From a virus (lineage: Duplodnaviria; Caudoviricetes): 48,483 bases of DNA. The translations under genes and the position numbers were made by a program. The DNA lies in the IMG/VR virus record IMGVR_UViG_3300030372_005199, positions 1 to 48,483 of that record; one strand, written 5' to 3'. Within the stretch, counting starts at the first letter, position 1. Every line of letters starts with the position of its first letter. Shown here one piece after another: positions 8,157 to 18,350 of the stretch. The notes under the pieces are model-generated. The model had not been told where the DNA came from. It worked only from the letters and a program-made list of their open reading frames with translations, and did not search any database.

Positions 8157-8419
8157 TACTCGGCCTCTGTTGCTTCGGCTTCAAACGAAGGCGCGTCTTC
8201 TACAGTATGGCCGCCTTCTGCCATCTTTGTTTTCAGCGCCTCGATAGCGTTGTTTATCAAAGACGTTACACCGTCGCCCTCTACGGGAAGGTTCACACCG
8301 AAGCGGGTGTTCTCAATTTCGGGCAGTGTTGCGATCGCTTGGCAATTTGCAGTGAGTTGTCCTGTTGATAAATCTTTTGTGATCGTGACTTGCACTTGAT
8401 GCAGTTGTTTCAAAGCCAT
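8156..8419 (-). CDS. Small tail-associated protein, paralog of 8425..8643
   Basis: Shares beta-rich N-terminus and TSL...TK...G.TV.D C-terminal pattern with neighbour. Confidence 0.7.
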   Translation of the reverse strand: MALKQLHQVQVTITKDLSTGQLTANCQAIATLPEIENTRFGVNLPVEGDGVTSLINNAIEALKTKMAEGGHTVEDAPSFEAEATEAE

Positions 8420-8424
8420 TTTAA

Positions 8425-8643
8425 TTATTCCCCGGTTTCGTCGACGACGGTTGAACCGTCCTCTTCTAGTTTAGTAATGATCGCCGCTTTCGCGTCGGTT
8501 AGTGATGTGTCTGCGTCAAGCTGTATAGAATCAAAACCGAACGCAATGCCTTCAACCTCGAATTTTGCTTTAGCCCCGCCGGTTACAGAACCGCCTTGTA
8601 ATGTCAAATTGAGATGAACAGTTTTTAGATTCTTGGTTGCCAT
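8425..8643 (-). CDS. Small tail-associated protein
   Basis: SD AAGGA; directly downstream of the fibre gene. Confidence 0.7.
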   Translation of the reverse strand: MATKNLKTVHLNLTLQGGSVTGGAKAKFEVEGIAFGFDSIQLDADTSLTDAKAAIITKLEEDGSTVVDETGE

Positions 8644-8653
8644 GATTTAATCC

Positions 8654-11254
8654 TTAGCTGAAGTTCTGGCCGATAACAGATGCATAGACATCGACATTGT
8701 TCGTGGTGTCGCAGAATGCGGTGAACTGAACGATATCGATAGCGTTGTTTCCAGTGCTCATAACGTGCGAAGCACCGCCCGCCCAATTGAAGGTCGTAGT
8801 TCCTGATAACGCCGAGCCTCCCGGTGCTCCGGTAGAAAATTCGATTGTAGAATAACTCAAAGTCTTAGCAGCCGAAGCGTGTTGCTTGATTCGCAAAGTG
8901 AAAGTCATGACACCGCCAAACCCAGGCAATCCCCAAAGCTTAATCTTATCGACGTTATCTACAAGCTGAATCATCCCAACGTTACCCATTTGAAACTGCA
9001 CATTCAAATCAGTGTTTGAGTCGTCGAGATACACAGTCCGGTTCCCGTTTGTCTGGTCGTCGTTCCAAGTGTTAATTTGACCTAATTGATATTTCGCAAA
9101 AGCGATTCCGTACTTGCTGAACTTCATACAAGAAACAGCATGGGAACCAATGGTCATTTCCTTCTTAGTTCCTGAACCCAAACCACTGCCACCAAAGTTC
9201 ATGGCGCTTGTAGTGTTCTGAATATCAAACTCGATAAACCGAGAACCGTTGGTGACTTCAAATTCCTTATTGCTCAGAGACGTGGTGTTAGACCCTACCC
9301 ACACCGGACCATCAGAATCGATTCCCATTCTAAGAGTATTGTTGGTGTGGAAGTCCAGCTTATGACTAGCGGTGGTTCTTAAATGAAGTTCGCCGTTCTT
9401 GGCGTCAAGATAAGATCCGCTCGTACCGTAAGAAAAGAACGAAGCGCCTTCGGTCCCGTTTCGATACAAGCTCATAATCGAGCCGCCAGCGCCGTTCGTG
9501 TTGATACCTACAATGTTTCTGTCTGAGCCGTTGGCGGTTGAGTTATCGAACATCGCCGTGAACTTGCCATCGCTTGCACCTGTGACACTAGACAGATCTT
9601 GACCGCCGCCTGGACCGACTACGTGTAGAGGGTAGTCAGGATCGGCTTCGTTGATTCCTATTCTGCTATTTTTTGCAGACAGTTTGGAAACCGCGTCACC
9701 AGTAGTAAGCGAGAACAAAGCAGGATCAATGAAGTATGTTTTCGTCCCTCGCCCTGCCCCCGTCGCTCCAGGCGTTTCCGTGAGAACGAGTTCCGTGTTG
9801 CTGTTGATTTGTTTGACTGTGCGAATTTCAGTCCCGCCAGCATCGTTCGTGAACTTAATAGCATCGCCAGCTTCTAGGACGGTTGTAAACGAAGTCCCAG
9901 AACCGGTCACGGTAGCTGTAGAAATGCTTTCAATTGTTCCTGCGCCTTGAGTAATCAAGTTACCTTCAGCCGCGAGCATTGCGGTCGGGGTAGTCAAGTT
10001 GACTTGAAGATACCCTTCATCAAGAAAATACATCGACTGAGCTGAACCGTCGTTCCAGAACTGCATATCGTTGGTTGAATGGTTGTACGAGATACCGCCC
10101 ATCGCGTTGTTGGCAGTATCGCCGAACTGGATTCTTTGCCGCGAAGACGTGCTACCGAGAAACGTAATCCCAAGTTCGGTCGAGTCGCTTTCAATGACAA
10201 GATCTTGGGCGTCGGTAGAAGCTGTTCCACCCGTCTGCGTTCCCGTCAGAAGGTGGATACCGCCAACCTTGCACAGCGCGGAAGCTTCGCCATTAGTTGT
10301 GATCTTGCCGTCAGCGTGAATGCGAAAACGCTCAGAACCAGCCGGATTGAACCCGATGTATTTCCCGGACTCCGTTTTCAATTTGACACCTGAGGTATCG
10401 GCGTAAAACGCCCCGATCTCAGTGCTATTAACAAAACCCCTGACTTGAACGTTACCGCTACCGCTTCCGGTGTTCAAATCAAGCTGGCATTTTGTGTTAG
10501 ATCCCCCGGTGTGGTTATCAAGAAGCAGGACCGTGCCAGTACCAAGCGCCTCGCTTGAAGAACCTCCCGCCCCCGTCATGATTGTTCCGGCGCTTGTTAC
10601 CTTTACAGCTTCAGCTAGAGAAGAGCCGTCGCTAGTGAGGAGAGATATCTTACCTTTGCTGTCGTCACCGGTCCCGTCGTGGGAACCCTGCACACGGGCC
10701 ATCGTCACCGCAGCCGGAGAACCGCCGCCGGTTTTCAAACCCGTAAAATCCATTTGAGATTCACGACCGCCGTCAGTGTCTTCGGCTGTGCTGTTATCAA
10801 ATGTCAAAGTGGGGCTGGCGTTCTCGATCTCAAGGTTGCCCGTGTGACTTACTGCTCCAGAAATAGCGACTGTCACTGCGCCGCCTGATTCCGATAATCG
10901 GATTCCTTCTACACCGCCCGCGATTAAGCTGAGTTGATCTTCTGCTGCACGACCCAAGCCAGTATCGGAGTCGCTCAAGTTTGGCAGAACGTTCGGCGTC
11001 GTTGCGGAAGCGCCTGTTGACAGCAAAGCCACTGAACCAGATGCAGCATACGTCACATAGTTAGGTCTAACTTGAAAACGCTGTCCCGATGCGCCGCCAG
11101 CCGACAAGTTCAAAATCTCATTACCGTCCGTCGTATCGACGACGATATAGTCCTTTGAATCAACTCCCTCAATTTCCAGAGCCGTAGAGTTGTTATCCGC
11201 AAGGTCTATGACTGTGCCGCCTGGAGGCAGCTTGTACTGAACTATCTTTGGCAT
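8654..11254 (-). CDS. Tail fibre protein
   Basis: Gly/Ser/Thr-rich with repeated ERFRIxxDG / IGINxxxP / LRMGIDSDG fibre motifs; start reassigned to ATG 11254. Confidence 0.8.
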   Translation of the reverse strand: MPKIVQYKLPPGGTVIDLADNNSTALEIEGVDSKDYIVVDTTDGNEILNLSAGGASGQRFQVRPNYVTYAASGSVALLSTGASATTPNVLPNLSDSDTGLGRAAEDQLSLIAGGVEGIRLSESGGAVTVAISGAVSHTGNLEIENASPTLTFDNSTAEDTDGGRESQMDFTGLKTGGGSPAAVTMARVQGSHDGTGDDSKGKISLLTSDGSSLAEAVKVTSAGTIMTGAGGSSSEALGTGTVLLLDNHTGGSNTKCQLDLNTGSGSGNVQVRGFVNSTEIGAFYADTSGVKLKTESGKYIGFNPAGSERFRIHADGKITTNGEASALCKVGGIHLLTGTQTGGTASTDAQDLVIESDSTELGITFLGSTSSRQRIQFGDTANNAMGGISYNHSTNDMQFWNDGSAQSMYFLDEGYLQVNLTTPTAMLAAEGNLITQGAGTIESISTATVTGSGTSFTTVLEAGDAIKFTNDAGGTEIRTVKQINSNTELVLTETPGATGAGRGTKTYFIDPALFSLTTGDAVSKLSAKNSRIGINEADPDYPLHVVGPGGGQDLSSVTGASDGKFTAMFDNSTANGSDRNIVGINTNGAGGSIMSLYRNGTEGASFFSYGTSGSYLDAKNGELHLRTTASHKLDFHTNNTLRMGIDSDGPVWVGSNTTSLSNKEFEVTNGSRFIEFDIQNTTSAMNFGGSGLGSGTKKEMTIGSHAVSCMKFSKYGIAFAKYQLGQINTWNDDQTNGNRTVYLDDSNTDLNVQFQMGNVGMIQLVDNVDKIKLWGLPGFGGVMTFTLRIKQHASAAKTLSYSTIEFSTGAPGGSALSGTTTFNWAGGASHVMSTGNNAIDIVQFTAFCDTTNNVDVYASVIGQNFS

Positions 11255-11255
11255 C

Positions 11256-11564
11256 TTAGAAACCCCTCGCTTCAGCGTTAACAGTCCCGCCAGCGGATGT
11301 CCCGACATATGTCAATTTGCATTCGGAGATTGGGAAATCAAAAACGATGGTGGTCAGGTCGTTGGCTGCACACGCGGTTGACTGCATCTCGCGGAAAGTA
11401 CCCGAAGGATCCTTGTAGTGTACCTTCGCAGTCCCGACAGTGCTCGGGAAGATATAGAAAACGACACCCGACTTTATGAAGCGCGGAGTACCGAACTCTA
11501 TGATATCTGTGTCTGAGGTTGTGTAAGCTTTGCCACTTACGGTTGATCCGCGAACTGCTGCCAT
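11256..11564 (-). CDS. Hypothetical virion protein
   Basis: SD GGAG; beta-rich 102 aa ahead of the fibre gene. Confidence 0.65.
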   Translation of the reverse strand: MAAVRGSTVSGKAYTTSDTDIIEFGTPRFIKSGVVFYIFPSTVGTAKVHYKDPSGTFREMQSTACAANDLTTIVFDFPISECKLTYVGTSAGGTVNAEARGF

Positions 11565-11668
11565 CGGTCGTTCTCCATCCGTCTATCCGGTCTTAGATCG
11601 GGGACCGCCGCCTATGTATACGCGTCCCGACTTTTAGAGCTTACAGGATCGCTGAGGAGTCTGGAAGG

Positions 11669-11715
11669 AAAAAACGGCGAGGAACAAACACGGGGAAACG
11701 GATCTGCCCCTCGCC
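11669..11715 (-). terminator. Rho-independent terminator inside the tail region
   Basis: Minus strand GGCGAGGGGCAGA / TTTGTTCCTCGCC stem followed by GTTTTTT. Confidence 0.6.
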
Positions 11716-11744
11716 TCAGCCACAAGTGGCCGATATCTTTCGAT

Positions 11745-14714
11745 TTAATAGACCTCGCGTCCGCTGAAGAAACTGTAGTTTGAGCGGACGGGTGGCGCTG
11801 TCCCTGTGTAGGCGATTTGAACCTCAACGGTTTCGCCTTTGACTAGGTCAACCGCGCTGACGTTCAGAGGTGCTATGACATCGTTCCATTCGTCCGTACC
11901 GTTAGCACTGTCAGCCAACTGGATTGAAGCAATGGTTCCGGCTGTAGAGGCGACAATCTTCGGGTTCAAGTCACGGATGCCCACAGCACCTTCGATGGAG
12001 AGCGTTGCGTTGAAAGTATATGTACCGCTGGCAGGGCAGGTGAAGACTCCTGTGGTCGTTCTGTAGACGTCTCCATGGTCGTGTATTTCTGTGTTGAACT
12101 CAACAGTGTCACCAGAACCGCTCGGGGTAAAATCCGAGGAAGTACGCTTGGCAGCGAAGCTGAACGGCTCCACTTGAATATCAGCGTTGTTGAACAGCGT
12201 TGTATTTCCACTTCCGTTCGTAGAATACATTTGAACACTTGCGAAAGCCGCATCTGACGGAGGTGTGAAAACACCGGAAAGAGGAATCCATGCTCCAGTG
12301 CTGCTCAGGTTCCCGTTGTGGATTGTGTTCTTCTGCGTGCTTGCTTGCGCTCGGTTTGCGTCCCACCAGTAAACGACCAAACGAACCGTTTCCGCGGCCG
12401 ACTGTTGGTACATACCGCTGATTCTGTAAGCCCTGTTCTTGTCTACAGGAATCTTCTCGCTGTAGATCAAAACGATATTTCCGGTTCCCAAGGTCTTTAT
12501 AGAATGCCGACCACTATAAACAGTCGCGTCCTTAGTGAAGTCAGTACCGGCTGTTCCTAAACTTAACTCCCACCCTGGAGGCATCGCACCGCTGTTCGGG
12601 TAGATGTCAAAGCCAGGATTCCAAGAAAGCTTCCTTCCAGGTTCAAAAGCGATCTTGTCCATTTGCTCTACAGAAATAGTTCCGAAGTTCCGCAAGTCTG
12701 TGACGGAGCTGACCGAAGACGCTGCTACAACTTTCGCCAAGCGAACTTCGCCAGGAATGAGTTCAGGTTCCGCCGCTGAGGTGCTCACTTCGTTCTTAAT
12801 GATTGCGCCTGTGAAAAGGCTCATGCCGATATAAGTGTCTTTGTTCGCGGTGACGTTAGTGGTTATCGCAGCGTCGGACTCGCGAGTTACTCCAGAACCT
12901 TGTACAGCCCCAGCAGCGATGCTGATTCCAAGACCACTCGTTGCAGTTACAGCCATCGTCGTGGTCTTTGCGTCCATGACAGAGGCGTTCGTTGCAGCGG
13001 CTCTGGAAGCTATGAAGCCTCCCTTAGCAACCTGTCTAGGGGAATCAACAATACCAGGAGGGCGGGATGTGACAGTCACCGTAACAGCGCTTGAGTGCGT
13101 AGCATAAGCAAGTTCAAAGTTGATTCCTATAGAATCGCCGAGTGGATTGATCTCACGCTTAATGACTTCAAACTTTACGTCGGAATCCAGCCCGTCTATC
13201 CCAAGCTCGGTGGAGCAGAACAAGTCGTTGTCCAAAGAAACCAAGTCACCGATTTCCACGTTCATGTGCTCGAGAGTGGTGCTGAACTTTATCTTTGGGC
13301 AAGTATTGGAAAACCTTTTCAGGACATATTCGCCGTATTGAAAAGCAGCAGTGATGTCAGCAACAGTTGTCACACCCGCAGCGGTAGCTTCGACACCTTC
13401 GGCTTCCGTGCCTGCGAACGGTCTAGAAACTAGCGTTGTTAAGAAAAGGAGTTGGGAAGCTTCTTCTGTGCCGTCGGGATCGCCTTCGTGATCTCGCATG
13501 ACGTAATTTCCGGTCAAATCAGCGGCGCTGAAAGGCGTAATAGATTTCAATATCTCTGTTCTGTATAGGCCAAAGTAAGGACGGTCAGCAGAAAGTTTCG
13601 CGTCGGCGGGTTGCGTACCTCCTCCAAGGTGTAGATCTCTAGTCCCGCAAATCGGGCTATCAGCCGCAAAACCTTTGAAAGCTGTTGAGCTTCCAGACAA
13701 CTGGTCATGGAGGTGCACGGTAGCAGCTGAGATATAGTTCACAGTGTGGGACATGTCGTGCGAACCGTAGTTAGTAATCGCGGTTGAGTCTTTTTGAATC
13801 AAACCGTCAACCGATGAAAGCTTACCGAAACAGGTTTTCACTTCAGTAATTATTTCCAATCCGGCTGCCTCTTGCTCGAAGTCCGTGTATTCGTCAACGG
13901 TGAAGTGCTTAGTGACCGAGGAGCTTTCGTCGTACCTTACGATCTTCACTTTATTGGTTCCAGGATCCGTGACGAGCGTAGATCGAGTGAGTCGCATACA
14001 CTCATCGATATACTCGGTGATGTTGACTTCTTGTTGGCCTCTGTCGACTCCGTTTGTTTCTACTTCAGGGTCTACTGCACCTTGCAACACGGGAGGGATG
14101 CTCCCATCGGTTGTATTATAGAAAACGAAGGTGCCGAAGGTGTAGTGTGATATGTCAGTGTGATTCGCGGGAAGGAAACTCGCGGTGTCTAAGTTGCCGG
14201 TTGAAATACCGGCATCGACGAGCATCTGCCTTAGAGCAGTGAAAGGGTGCGTATCCACGTAGGAACGAAAACTTTTCACGCCTTCTGTAGAATGAACGAA
14301 AGCGCGGACTTTGATTGAAAATCCGCCCTCGACAGGCGATACCTGAGTTATAGGTCCGCTGAAAATATTTTCAAAATGGGTCAGGGCAAGATCAGAAGCG
14401 CCGAGCTTAACGGTCATGATCTTGCCTTGGAACTTCTTGCCAGCCGTCGCCAACTGTCTAATCCGGCCGTCGTCATAAACGTTGAAGTTCATTTCGGCTG
14501 TTTGAGTGGACCTTGTTATAGGATCCACCGTTGCGGAAACAGCCGTCACGTCTGAAAGCACCGGATCGCCTGTTATAGTGCTTTCCATGTCGGGGTCAGA
14601 GCAATTGTGAAACTCGTAAGTAATAGCGCTCAACGCAATGCTACAGTGAACAACGGGATACACCGTTGCTTTCCCCATAGCTTCTTTGAAAGAATCGTTT
14701 AGTGGATAGGCCAC
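11745..14714 (-). CDS. Tail tip/hub protein with CBM-like and C-terminal C1q-like domains
   Basis: Two genes after the tape measure; NPGFD...W CBM-like start; C-terminal FAA...VEFN...GVFTCPASGTYTF...LxKGETVEV...FSG is C1q-like; GTG start at 14714. Confidence 0.75.
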   Translation of the reverse strand: MAYPLNDSFKEAMGKATVYPVVHCSIALSAITYEFHNCSDPDMESTITGDPVLSDVTAVSATVDPITRSTQTAEMNFNVYDDGRIRQLATAGKKFQGKIMTVKLGASDLALTHFENIFSGPITQVSPVEGGFSIKVRAFVHSTEGVKSFRSYVDTHPFTALRQMLVDAGISTGNLDTASFLPANHTDISHYTFGTFVFYNTTDGSIPPVLQGAVDPEVETNGVDRGQQEVNITEYIDECMRLTRSTLVTDPGTNKVKIVRYDESSSVTKHFTVDEYTDFEQEAAGLEIITEVKTCFGKLSSVDGLIQKDSTAITNYGSHDMSHTVNYISAATVHLHDQLSGSSTAFKGFAADSPICGTRDLHLGGGTQPADAKLSADRPYFGLYRTEILKSITPFSAADLTGNYVMRDHEGDPDGTEEASQLLFLTTLVSRPFAGTEAEGVEATAAGVTTVADITAAFQYGEYVLKRFSNTCPKIKFSTTLEHMNVEIGDLVSLDNDLFCSTELGIDGLDSDVKFEVIKREINPLGDSIGINFELAYATHSSAVTVTVTSRPPGIVDSPRQVAKGGFIASRAAATNASVMDAKTTTMAVTATSGLGISIAAGAVQGSGVTRESDAAITTNVTANKDTYIGMSLFTGAIIKNEVSTSAAEPELIPGEVRLAKVVAASSVSSVTDLRNFGTISVEQMDKIAFEPGRKLSWNPGFDIYPNSGAMPPGWELSLGTAGTDFTKDATVYSGRHSIKTLGTGNIVLIYSEKIPVDKNRAYRISGMYQQSAAETVRLVVYWWDANRAQASTQKNTIHNGNLSSTGAWIPLSGVFTPPSDAAFASVQMYSTNGSGNTTLFNNADIQVEPFSFAAKRTSSDFTPSGSGDTVEFNTEIHDHGDVYRTTTGVFTCPASGTYTFNATLSIEGAVGIRDLNPKIVASTAGTIASIQLADSANGTDEWNDVIAPLNVSAVDLVKGETVEVQIAYTGTAPPVRSNYSFFSGREVY

Positions 14715-14715
14715 A

Positions 14716-15657
14716 TCATTCCCTTGATAAGAAAGGCGTCTGCTCAACCATTCCGAAAGTCAGCAGTCTTTCAAAAGGGCCGTTCAGGGGGAAAGCTAGG
14801 ACAGGACTGTCCAACAAGCAGAGCATCGGCTTCGGGGAACTGTTAGGTGTTTCAACGTACATGAACGGGCGAGTCCCTTCATCTATATCGTTGAACCAAT
14901 CCTCGATGTTGGATATCTCCGCATCGGCAGCGATCACACTGCTGAACTGTCTTGTAGCTTGCCCACGATACATCACGTATCGTTTGCTCACGCCGGATTT
15001 AGAAGTAAAGTCAGAAGCGAGCGAGCGCTCGTCTTTGTTGTTCCAAGGGATGTCGGGGTTGCGCTGTAAAGAATACCGCTGACCAAGAAACAACTCGCCC
15101 ATCGCCAACTGACGCGAAGCCAGACCGTTCGTCGTTACCTTGATTCGTATGTAACGAACGTTCGTGAATTGTTTAGCGGTTCCGCCGGCCGAATAAGTCG
15201 TGCCTCCAGCGTGATTCAAGTTGAAACAACTTATCCGGGTGTCTGTGGTGCCTGAGAGACTGCCGGAGTTGAATATCTCAACCGTGTTCACGCCCGAAGC
15301 GCCGAAAGTAGCCGAGTCCGATATGTGGAGAGCTACGGTTGAAGCACCGACGGAATTGAAGTTATGACCAAGGATAAACAATGTGTCGAAAGCGATGGTG
15401 TTGGAACCCATATCCAGAATGAAATATTTTTCTGTGTCCGTGGATGCCGTGTCTTTGGTCAGAACGCTGCCGAGTTCGTCATAAGCGCGATACGCTGGGA
15501 AGGTAGCGGCTGTCCTATCAGTGTCTGTCACTTCCCCGGCGTCTTCACGCCATCCCTTTCCAGCAGGGTCTTTCACTTGCTGAACGACCATCATAGGTTT
15601 GTCGTTGGAAAAGCTAGTCGTTTCCGCACTGGTTAAGTCGCTTGATCCATAAGCCAT
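14716..15657 (-). CDS. Distal tail (Dit-like) protein
   Basis: Immediately after the tape measure gene; RYIRI and GELFLG motifs. Confidence 0.6.
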   Translation of the reverse strand: MAYGSSDLTSAETTSFSNDKPMMVVQQVKDPAGKGWREDAGEVTDTDRTAATFPAYRAYDELGSVLTKDTASTDTEKYFILDMGSNTIAFDTLFILGHNFNSVGASTVALHISDSATFGASGVNTVEIFNSGSLSGTTDTRISCFNLNHAGGTTYSAGGTAKQFTNVRYIRIKVTTNGLASRQLAMGELFLGQRYSLQRNPDIPWNNKDERSLASDFTSKSGVSKRYVMYRGQATRQFSSVIAADAEISNIEDWFNDIDEGTRPFMYVETPNSSPKPMLCLLDSPVLAFPLNGPFERLLTFGMVEQTPFLSRE

Positions 15658-17615
15658 TAGAACATCCCCTGCCCTTTGAGTTCTTTAAGTGCAGGAACGA
15701 TATTCTGGCGAACAAACTTCTTCAACTCGCTCTTACTTGCTGGGATGGTCGTGTCCATCACGACGTTGATGTTTGTCGGTGCTGGGGCTCCTGAGTTTCC
15801 TCCACCTGGGGCGAACCCGAAGCTCCCTCCCTGCTGTAGCTGTTTCACCTGATTCGTCGTTAGGACGTATTCTCCAGGCATGGCCATGATTGGAACGCTG
15901 TCCTTTCCTGGAGTACCGCCCGTGATGAAACCACCGTCCTTCTTACCTTTGAAACCCATAGCAATGAAGCCACGAACCAGACCGAACATCGCCGCTGCTG
16001 CCGCCGCTGCTAGAGCGGGACCGATAACAGGGATACCCGCTTGCGACTTCGCTGCTCCAGCCGCTGCAGAAGCGGCGGAAGCCATGACTTCCGTCTGCAT
16101 AACTTCCAGAGCGGTGTCGATCATACTCGCGCCGACCGCCTTCATACCTTCAGCGACCGCGTTCTGTCCTTCTTCAGCAGCGTTGAAAGCCGAAAGGAAC
16201 GCGCTTGAAGACTGGTCAGCAACGCCGACCATCATGGTTTCCATCTCAGCGGCTTGTTCAGCTCTTTTTGTAGCGGCTGCTTCTTCGGCTGCTGCTAACT
16301 CGTTGGTCATTTTGATTTGCATCTGCAAACGGTGCTCGGCCTGCTCTGCCGCTAGTGCTTCGACCGCAGCTTCGGCGTCTGCCTTGCGCTTTGCTCTCGC
16401 GTCTTCTACAGCTTTCAGCTCTTCCAGTGACTTGGTTGTTTCCTTGGTTGCATCGGCAACTTTCTGCTGAGATGTCGCCGTCTTAATCACCATCGGCTCT
16501 GTGTTGAGTAAGGCGTTCTCCATATTCTGTATAGCGATGATCTGCTCGCCTGTCGCTTCGGCTGCGTCTCCCATCGCTTCATGGTTATTAACCATCGAGA
16601 GAGTGAAATCGTTGTTCACCTCGGTCAATGCCTTGGACTCGGGAAGGAGCATGTTCAGCCCCCGGATACCTGCGTTGATAGTTCCCAGTAAACCGGCCAT
16701 GATCGTATTGAAACCAAGTAGCAACGTTTCCCAAGCGATCGTGATCGTACCGCCGACGGCTATGAAAGTTTGAGCAAGGATGCTGACCGCCTTAACAGCT
16801 AAACCCGCGCCGAACTTCAAACCGTTGAACACGGCTTCAGCGACAGGCGCGAACGTGTGAAGCTCGTCTTGCATAACGTTAAACGCACGGATGAACGACG
16901 GCATCATGGCTTCGCCGACAGTTCTTGAAACTCCGTCCATCATACTCTGGACAGAGCCGAGCTGGTTGTTGAACTCGTTACCTAGAGCCGCGCCTGTACT
17001 GCTCATAGTGATGCCAAGGTTGTCGGCTTTGTCGGCTAGATCTTTCATTCCTGCAGAGCCGAGTTCCAGCATAGGGATCAATTCAAGACCAGCGCCACCG
17101 AGGAGAATGTTAGCGGCTCCGGCTTTTTCGGCTGAACTACCTTGCTTGGCTATGATGTCAGCAGACTCCATGAATAGCTGTTTAGCTGATTTCATATTCC
17201 CTTCAGCATCGCGGACACTGAGTCCCAGCTTTTCCAGGTTGGCGTCTCCCATCACAGCTTTTTCTGAAACTGTTTTCAACGCATCTTGGAACTTCATAGC
17301 TTCGGCACCGCTCTGCTCCGCTATGAATTTGAACTGGCTCATCTCTTCGACGCTGACTCCAGTTTTTTGAGACATGAAAAACATCTCGTCCGCAGCGGCT
17401 GCAATACTTTCAGTGAACTTGAACGCAGCGACAGCGGCTCCCGTAACGGCGGCCCCGACCGCAACGACAGCGACACCAAGCTGTTTGAAACTGATGTTGG
17501 TAGTCTTTGCTTTCTCGAAAAGTTCCTTCGTCTTGGAAGTAGCTTTCCTCAAAGCTCCGGACATCTTGTCTTTTAGAATGAGCGATATGCCTACTTTGCG
17601 GTCGACTTCTGCCAT
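15657..17615 (-). CDS. Tail tape measure protein
   Basis: Ala-rich helical 652 aa; C-terminal DGGFITGG..GKDSVP...PGEYVL motif; follows chaperone genes. Confidence 0.9.
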   Translation of the reverse strand: MAEVDRKVGISLILKDKMSGALRKATSKTKELFEKAKTTNISFKQLGVAVVAVGAAVTGAAVAAFKFTESIAAAADEMFFMSQKTGVSVEEMSQFKFIAEQSGAEAMKFQDALKTVSEKAVMGDANLEKLGLSVRDAEGNMKSAKQLFMESADIIAKQGSSAEKAGAANILLGGAGLELIPMLELGSAGMKDLADKADNLGITMSSTGAALGNEFNNQLGSVQSMMDGVSRTVGEAMMPSFIRAFNVMQDELHTFAPVAEAVFNGLKFGAGLAVKAVSILAQTFIAVGGTITIAWETLLLGFNTIMAGLLGTINAGIRGLNMLLPESKALTEVNNDFTLSMVNNHEAMGDAAEATGEQIIAIQNMENALLNTEPMVIKTATSQQKVADATKETTKSLEELKAVEDARAKRKADAEAAVEALAAEQAEHRLQMQIKMTNELAAAEEAAATKRAEQAAEMETMMVGVADQSSSAFLSAFNAAEEGQNAVAEGMKAVGASMIDTALEVMQTEVMASAASAAAGAAKSQAGIPVIGPALAAAAAAAMFGLVRGFIAMGFKGKKDGGFITGGTPGKDSVPIMAMPGEYVLTTNQVKQLQQGGSFGFAPGGGNSGAPAPTNINVVMDTTIPASKSELKKFVRQNIVPALKELKGQGMF

Positions 17616-17982
17616 GACTGTGCTCGCCTTTCTGCCTTCTCAAGTTCAACAGCGTTCTTGATTTCTGTGCAAGCCAGTATCGCTTCAATCACGAAGTTAG
17701 GCTGCTCCATCAAATCGTTTCCGCCCCAAGGTAAAGCTCCGAGTTCTTTGTACTCGCTCCACCACGAAACACACGACCAAGTCTCGTCATCAATCTGGCT
17801 CCAAGGACATCTCCTAAGAGTGGGCATCCACTCCCAAGCTATGTTCTGGTTTTCCTCAGTGTCGCAGTTACGCAAGATCCTGAGCTTGTCGCCTTCTTCA
17901 AAGTCGTCGCCCTTACACTTTGTACATCCCCACTCTTTGACATTGCTGTCTGTACTGAGAAGCATGCGAAGGGCGATTTCTA
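17591..17982 (-). CDS. Tail assembly chaperone, frameshifted (gpGT-like) part
   Basis: -1 frame open from A-AAA-AAA (17989..17983) through IEIALRMLLSTD... Confidence 0.75.
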
Positions 17983-18327
17983 TTTTTTTCTTAGACCTTC
18001 CTTCAGCACACTGATCTCGGTCAAGGCTTGAAACACTTCGTCAACGAAGCTTACCTCGCCACGATCGAACAAAGCCTGACCGTCTGTGATTGCGTTGCCT
18101 CTGATGTCGTCGTAGTTCTGGATGGACTTAACACGGTCCCGAACGATCCGCTCCACAACCTTTTCCAAGTTGTTTTTCTTGGAGTTGACGCTGCGAGTGT
18201 ACGCTCTAAACTCGCCTCCGGTCATAGGGCAAAGCGTGATCACGCATTGCTCTTCTTCTGGGAGTTCCCGGTTGTCGCCGTGCGAAGGCACGAACTGGAC
18301 ATAATCCTCTGGTCTTAGTTCTGTCAT
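17980..18327 (-). CDS. Tail assembly chaperone (gpG-like)
   Basis: Between tail tube and tape measure; ends AGA AAA AAA TAG. Confidence 0.8.
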   Translation of the reverse strand: MTELRPEDYVQFVPSHGDNRELPEEEQCVITLCPMTGGEFRAYTRSVNSKKNNLEKVVERIVRDRVKSIQNYDDIRGNAITDGQALFDRGEVSFVDEVFQALTEISVLKEGLRKK

Positions 18328-18350
18328 GTGTTTCCCCGTTAGTTTTCTTT

